A stretch of DNA of 64,000 nt, taken from an uncultured Actinomycetota bacterium (GTDB lineage: Bacteria > Actinomycetota > Actinomycetes > Mycobacteriales > Mycobacteriaceae). Position numbers and translations under genes: made by a program. A model generated the notes under the pieces. It did not search any database. It had not been told where the DNA came from and saw nothing but the letters and a program-made list of their open reading frames with translations. The stretch covers positions 4,341 to 68,340 of the forward strand of contig CAVWEO010000001.1 of assembly GCA_963753995.1 (NCBI GenBank). The letters run 5' to 3'. Below are positions 58,287 through 64,000 of this stretch, in pieces; the first letter of the stretch is position 1; every line of letters begins with the position of its first letter.

Positions 58287-59186
58287 CTGATCGGTCCGAC
58301 CTGGCCTGGACGGTGGTCGTGGTGACCGGCGCCGGACAGGGGCTCGGCCGCGCCGAGGCGCTGGAACTTGCCCGGCAGGGCGCGAGCGTGGTGATCGGCG
58401 AACTCGATGCCAGCGCCGCCGAGGAAACCGCCGAGGCCATCCGCGGCGCCGGCGGGCAGGCGGCGGTCGAGATCGGCGACTGCGCCGAGGTTGAGATGGC
58501 CGATCGATTGGTCGACGCCGCGACGACACGGTTCGGCAGGCTGGACGCGCTGGTCAACAACGCCGGTCTGCTGCGGGACCGGACGCTGGCGAAGATGTCC
58601 GACGAGGAGTGGGACGTCGTAATCCGGGTGAACCTGCGCAGCCACTTCGTGATGACCCGCCGGGCCTTCGTGCACTGGCGCGCGGCGGCGCGGCCCGGCC
58701 GCGTCGTCTGCACGTCCAGCACCAGCGGACTGCTCGGCGGCTTCGGGCAGACCAACTACGGCGCCGCCAAAGCCGGGGTGGCCGCATTCGCCGGTATCGC
58801 CGCGCAGGAGGGCTGGCGGGACGGCATCACCGTCAATGCGATCTGTCCGGCCGCCCGCACCCGCCTGTCCGAAGGAGCGTTCGGCGCGATCCGGGCGCGC
58901 GAGGACTTCGACTTCTGGCATCCGGACAACGTGGCGCCGTTCGTGGCCTTCCTGTGCAGCGAGGCCGCGGCACACATCAGCGGCAAGGTCTTCGGCGTCC
59001 AGGGCGATGCGGTGGAGATCTACCGCCCGTGGACCAGCGTCGGGGTGGTCATCAACGACGGGGCCCGCTGGCGGCCGGAGCAGTTCGGTACCGCGGTGGA
59101 GCGGCTACTCGAGCAGGGCGACATGAATGCCGGTCCCGAGGACGCCATGCGCCTGCTGGCGCTATTCGATGCGCGCCTGCGACTGA
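58283..59186 (+). CDS. SDR family oxidoreductase (3' end probably frameshifted)
   Basis: TGAGQGLG, NNAGLLRD, GQTNYGAAK. The ORF runs on to 59416 into tetR; a 1-nt shift near 59160 would give a stop at 59186. Confidence 0.83.
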
Positions 59187-59187
59187 C

Positions 59188-59882
59188 TCAGCGCCGCGCG
59201 GTGCGGCGTCCCTTCACCTGCAGCCCGTCCAGCACCAGCTTCGCCAGCCCGGCGCCGACCTCATCGGCCGACAGCGGGCCGTTCGGGTGGTACCAAAGCC
59301 GGGTCGAGTTGAGCATGCCGATGATGCTGTTGGCGATGACGCTCGGCGGAAGATCGCTGGCGAGCTCACCCTCTTCGAGCGCCTGCGCGACGATCGAGCC
59401 GAAGACCGCGAAGTAGCGCTCGGACTGCTTGAGCGTCTTGTTCCACGGGTCGGCTCCGGTGGCCCGCTTCCTGCGAAGCCGGCGACGTCCTCCTGGACGA
59501 AGACGTACAGGAACGGGTAATGCCGGTCGAAGGACAGCATCAGCAACTTGATGAGCTGTTCCAAGCGGTGTCGAGCGGGCAGGTCGGAGGCACTGATCGC
59601 CTCGGCGTCGGCGACGTTCGCGGCGACTGCGGTGGAGACCACGTCGCGGAACAGGTCGTCCTTGGATCCGACGTAGTAATACAGCGAAGCGCGGTCGATG
59701 CCGACCCGCTCGGCGACGTCGTTCAGCTTGGCGGCATGGAAACCCTTCTCGCTGAACACTTCGCCCGCCGCGTGACGGATCTCGCGTTGCCGTTCGAGAT
59801 AGACGGGGTTGTCCGACTCGGCCGCGGCGATCCGTCGCTTCCGGATATTGCTCGATCTACCAGCCTCCTGACCCCGGCGCAT
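59188..59882 (-). CDS. TetR-family regulator (copy B), frameshifted near 59445
   Basis: PVYLERQREI, KLNDVAERVGIDRASLYYYVGSKDDL; the C-terminal WYHPNGPLS..LVLDGLQ lies in another frame ending at TGA 59188. Confidence 0.85.
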
Positions 59883-59977
59883 CGCTGCGGCCTCGCAGGC
59901 AGCCACGGTCACGAGCGATCGTAAAGCACGCGGTGCCAACTACTCGGTCGATCGGCCGTCCCGGTAGCGCAGCGTCG

Positions 59978-61093
59978 TCAGGCTTCGATGTCCTCGACGA
60001 AGTGCGCGAGGGTTCGCCCGTACTCCTCGAGCATGTCGGCGATGACGCGCCGAACTGAGCGCACCGCCGTCATCTGCCCGACGACCTGGCCCACCGGATA
60101 GGTCGCCAGTTCACGCGCGCCCGGCTCGTTGGCGTGCCGTTCGATCCGGTCCAGGGCGTCCTGGATCAGCGGGCGGTGGTACGGGAACGGCAACGGGTCG
60201 GGGTTGGCCTCGCTCTCCCACTCCTCGGTCCACGCACTCTTGAGCAAGCGGCACGGCTTGCCGCTCCAGGCCCGAGTGCGGATCGTGCTGGCCGAGTCGG
60301 CCGTCAACATCTTCTCCACGACGACGGGGTGGGTCTCGGCCTCCTCGGTGGTCAGCCACACCGAGCCGCACCAGACGCCGGCCGCCCCGAGTGCGAGCGC
60401 GGCGGTGAGTTGCCGCCCTCGGCCGACGCCGCCGGCGGTCAGCACCGGCAGCGGCGCGACGGCGTCGACGACCTCGGGCGTGAGAATCATCGACGAGATC
60501 TCGCCGGTATGGCCGCCGGCCTCCCAACCCTGAGCCACCACCAGGTCGAGACCGCCGGCCTTGTGCTTGAGCGCGTGCTTGACGCTGCCGGCCAGCGCAC
60601 CGACCTTCACCCCGGCCGCGTGCGCCCGCTCGACCTGCTCCGCCGGCGGCGTGCCCAGCGCGCTGACGATCAGCTTGATCGGGAATTCGTAGGCCACGTC
60701 CAGCAACGACACCGGATCAAGTCGGGGCCGCCCGGCCACCGCCTGGTCACGCAATTCCGTGGGCACGTCGCCGACGTGATAGCGGTCCATCATGTTGTCG
60801 ACGAAGGCGCGCTCGCGGTCGGGCACCTTCGTCTTCAGCGCGTCGAAGTCGAAGCCGTCCTTGCCCGGTACCGAGGTCTTGGCCGGCATCAGGACGTCGA
60901 CGCCGAACGGCCGGCCGTCGACATGGTCGGTGATCCACTTGAGGTTGGCATGCAGCGACTCGGCCGTCTCCCGGGTCGCGCCGAGGACACCGAAGCCGCC
61001 CGCGTTGCACACCGCCACCACCACATCGCGGCAGTGGGTGAACGCGAAAATCGGATACTTGATCCCGAACATGTCGGTCAGCGGGGTGCGCAT
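59978..61093 (-). CDS. Nitronate monooxygenase/enoyl-reductase-like FMN enzyme
   Basis: FAFTHCRDVV, AQGWEAGGHTG, AGGVGRG, GVWCGSVWL, GQVVG. Confidence 0.88.
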   Translation of the reverse strand: MRTPLTDMFGIKYPIFAFTHCRDVVVAVCNAGGFGVLGATRETAESLHANLKWITDHVDGRPFGVDVLMPAKTSVPGKDGFDFDALKTKVPDRERAFVDNMMDRYHVGDVPTELRDQAVAGRPRLDPVSLLDVAYEFPIKLIVSALGTPPAEQVERAHAAGVKVGALAGSVKHALKHKAGGLDLVVAQGWEAGGHTGEISSMILTPEVVDAVAPLPVLTAGGVGRGRQLTAALALGAAGVWCGSVWLTTEEAETHPVVVEKMLTADSASTIRTRAWSGKPCRLLKSAWTEEWESEANPDPLPFPYHRPLIQDALDRIERHANEPGARELATYPVGQVVGQMTAVRSVRRVIADMLEEYGRTLAHFVEDIEA

Positions 61094-61127
61094 CGTTCTC
61101 CTTGGTCGCGGTCGGCAGATGTCGAGG

Positions 61128-62261
61128 TCATGCGAGGTCCAACGCCGACTGCAACCAGCTCGCCGCGACGTCCGCGGTGCCGCCCTGCAGCTCGGTCACC
61201 TTGGCGCGCTCGGACCACAGATGCAGGTCGGTCTCGCGCACGAACCCCATGCCACCGTGTAACTGGTGGGCGGTGAGGGTGATGAATTTGTACGCCTCGC
61301 TGGCGTGCATCTTCGCGATCGCGGCCGCTCGCAGCGGAGTCTGCCCACGACCGGCCGACCACACTGCGTGGGCCGCGGTCAGACGTGCCGTCTCCAGCGC
61401 GATACGCATGTTTGCGATGTGATGTTGCGCCGCCTGGAATTGGCCGATCGGGCGATTGAACTGCTCCCGGGTCTTGATGTATGCGACGGTCCGGTCCAGC
61501 ACCGCTGCCGCGCCGCCGGCCATCTCCATGCACTGCAACGCCACCGCCGCAGTCGCGAACCAGCGCAGGTCGTCGGCGTTCGCCGGCGCCGGCAGCGCCA
61601 GCCGCGCCGAATCGGGCACCACGTAGCCATCGAGGGTGATCCAGGCCTGCCGCTCCCCCGCGATGGTGCGTCGGTCGACTGCCGACCAGCCGGCCCGGCC
61701 CGGTTCGACGATGAACCCGGCAACTGCCGGCTTGTCGTCATGTCCGCTCACGTCGGCCGAGACGAGTATCGCGTCGGCCACCGAGGCGTGCCGGGACGAA
61801 CTCAGCACGCCGGTCAGGCGCAGCCGCCGCCGGCGCGCTCGGCGACCACGCTCGGCGCCAGATTCAGCGCGTTCGGAGGGGTTCCACATCGCCGTCGTCG
61901 CGTGCAGGTCGCCGGCAGCCAGGCGCGGCAGGTACGCGGCCTGCTGCGCGTCGGTCCCCAACCGGGTCAACCCGACCGCGAACAACAGCGTGCTGTAGAC
62001 GGCGGTCGGGCACAGCACCCGGCCGCCCTCCTGGAACGCCAGGCCCAGCTCGTAGAGCGATGCGCCTTGGCCGCCGTACTCGGCGGCCAGCGCCAGGCCG
62101 AACACACCGCTCTTGGTCAGCGCGCGCCACAGTTCGGGCGGCGGTGCCGTCGGAGTCCGGCTCCTTCATTCGCGCACGACCGCGGGCGGGCAGGCGTCGC
62201 GGAACATGTCCCGCAGCGATTCCTGCAATGCCCGCTGTTCTGCGGTCAGCGTGAGATCCAT
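61128..62261 (-). CDS. Acyl-CoA dehydrogenase partner subunit (several frameshifts)
   Basis: MDLTLTAEQRALQESLR at 62261; REQFNRPIGQFQA and HQLHGGMGF in ORF 61128-62105. Confidence 0.8.
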
Positions 62262-62305
62262 CGGCCGCCCTTCCGATGGTGCGAACGGGTGGCGCAGCTG
62301 TGTCG

Positions 62306-63495
62306 TCATCGGCCGTAGCTCGGCAAGCCGTGCCCGCGCTGGGCGATGACGTCGCGCAGTACCTCGTTGGCGCCGCCGCCGAAGCGCAGCAGCGGCGCCT
62401 CGCGATAGAGCTGCTCGAAGTCGCCCGCCGGTACGCGTGCGGACCGTCACCTTCGGCGAGCGCGCCGTACATGCCGAGCATCTGGGTGCCGACGTCGGCG
62501 ATCCGCTGCCGCAGCTCGCTGGTGAAGATCTTCTCTGCGGTCACGGTGATCGTCGGGATCTGCGCCGCTGGCCAGCAACGACGCCGCTTCGAGCCCCATC
62601 AGCTCGGCCGCCTCGACATCGGCGTCGAGCTGGGCGATCTTGCGCCGCAGGTCGGGGTTGTCGATCGGCCGGAGCCGTCCGATCAGCGCGGTCGCGGGCG
62701 ACCTCGATCAGTCGTCGACCGCGCGGCGCAGGTCGCCGGCGTTGGTCGAGCGCACCGCGCTCGAGGTCCAGGGCGCCGGTGATGTACTGCCAGCCGCGGT
62801 TGACCTCGCCGATCAGGTTGCGTCCGGGGCACCCGGACGTCGGTGAAGAACGTCTCGTTGGTGCGGAAGTCGCCCCACGTGATCAGCGGCCGGATCTCGA
62901 TGCCCGGCGAGTCGATCGGCACCATGATCACCGAGATGCCGCGGTGCTTGGGCGCCTCGCGGGTCGGTGCGCACGCACAGCCACTCATGCGTGGCCGAGT
63001 GCGCGCGTGCTGTTCCAGATCTTCTGGCCGTTGATGACCCACTCGTCGCCGTCGAGCTCGGCCCGCGTCTTGCAGGCTGGCCAGGTCGGTGCCGGAGTTC
63101 GGCTCGGAGTAGCCGACCGCGATGGTGAGCTCGCCGCGCGCGATCGGCGGCAGGAACTCGCGCACTGTTCTCGTCCGTGCCGTGCCGCATGATCATCGGC
63201 GCGATCGAGGTGACCTCGATTCCGAGTGACGGGTGCGCCGCTGTACTCGATCTCGTGCACGAGGATGTGCTGCTAGACCGGGTCCATGCCGAGGCCGCCG
63301 TATTCGACCGGCCACGTCAGTCCCGGCCCAGCCCTTGGCGAACACCTTGCGCATGAACGCGGCACTGGCCGGGCCGGCCTCCTCGGAGCCGCGGGTCCGC
63401 TGCTCCTGCCGCACCTCCTCGGTCACGTTCTCGTGCAGGAACTCACGCACCTCGTCGCGCCAGGCGCGTTGCGCATCATCGAACTCGAAGTCCAT
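62306..63495 (-). CDS. Acyl-CoA dehydrogenase (many frameshifts)
   Basis: Fragments MDFEFDDAQRAWRDEVREFL, GYSEPNSGTDLASL, NGQKIWNS, KHRGIS, TNETFF, KIFTSELRQ spread across frames. Confidence 0.8.
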
Positions 63496-63502
63496 CGGGT
63501 GT

Positions 63503-64000
63503 CTATTCGTCCCGGAAATTCGGACGGCGCTTCTCCGCGAACGCGGTCGGCCCCTCGACGCTGTCCTTCATGCCCTCGAGGTTCTGCTCGAGGAACTCGC
63601 CGACGGACATGGACCATACCGGATCCATGTTGAAGCCGCGGTAGAGCATCCGCTTGATGTTCGCCACGGCGCGCGGCGCCATATCGAGCATGCGGTCGGC
63701 GTAGGCGAGTGCGGTGGACATGAGCTCGTCGGAGGGGACGACGCGCTGCGCCCACCCGATCTCATGGGCCCGCTGCGCCGTCAGTTGGGTGTCGCCCCAC
63801 AGCGCGAGTTCGAGCGCGCTACCCAGACCGATCTGCCGCGTCAATGGGGCCATCCAGGACGCGCCGGCCATGTTCCAGCGAGTCTCGGCGATACCCGCTT
63901 TGGCGTGCTCGGCCATGATCCGGATGTCGCATTGCATGGCCAGCATGAAACCGCCGGCGATCGCGTAGCCGTTGATCGCCGCGATCGTGGGCTTCCACAG
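63503..64000 (-). CDS. Enoyl-CoA hydratase/isomerase family protein, 5' end cut by the window edge
   Basis: WKPTIAAINGYAIAGG, QCDIRI, EGPTAFAEKRRPNF. Confidence 0.88.
   Translation of the reverse strand: MWKPTIAAINGYAIAGGFMLAMQCDIRIMAEHAKAGIAETRWNMAGASWMAPLTRQIGLGSALELALWGDTQLTAQRAHEIGWAQRVVPSDELMSTALAYADRMLDMAPRAVANIKRMLYRGFNMDPVWSMSVGEFLEQNLEGMKDSVEGPTAFAEKRRPNFRDE

Noticed and set aside
58283-59416. Genuine 230-bp antisense overlap between SDR and tetR
   Set aside because: A single indel near 59160 restores a stop at 59186, adjacent to the tetR stop at 59188.
51467-64000. Canonical cholesterol (KstR/KstR2) degradation cluster
   Set aside because: ACAD pairs and Ltp2/DUF35-like genes resemble it, but I recognise no kstD, kshA, hsaA-D or ipdAB, and the operator motif differs.
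1-64000. Mobile element, prophage or defence system
   Set aside because: No transposase, integrase, phage, nuclease or tRNA-attachment features were recognised.

Overview
High-GC actinobacterial DNA (gpgS/folP2-type pair, TANNNT -10 boxes) that is almost entirely one catabolic super-cluster of about 60 genes. It holds three Liv-type (HAAT) ABC importers, two with fused permease-permease-ATPase genes; five amidohydrolase-fold proteins; two stand-alone Rieske ferredoxins; an Nramp/MntH transporter; a BVMO, a type II FMO and an LLM monooxygenase; four family III CoA-transferases; thiolase-like/DUF35 pairs; acyl-CoA dehydrogenase pairs; SDRs; and IclR, TetR, MarR and PadR regulators. I see no rRNA, tRNA, CRISPR or mobile element. 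Two things stand out. (1) An 18-bp palindrome, GTCAAC-N6-GTTGAC, recurs at 15 positions, nearly all in front of transcription units and often overlapping the -35 hexamer, which points to one regulon spanning the window. The two paralogous TetR proteins are candidate regulators. (2) An operon at 15.5-22.5 kb (CoA-transferase, DUF35, thiolase-like, ligand-less amidohydrolase, intact amidohydrolase, long-loop Rieske, Nramp) has the architecture of an AibH1H2-like TIM-barrel Mn/Fe monooxygenase coupled to CoA-ester C-C cleavage, with an unknown substrate. Frameshifts accumulate toward the right end and look like long-read consensus errors. All family calls come from motif recognition by eye; no database searches were run.
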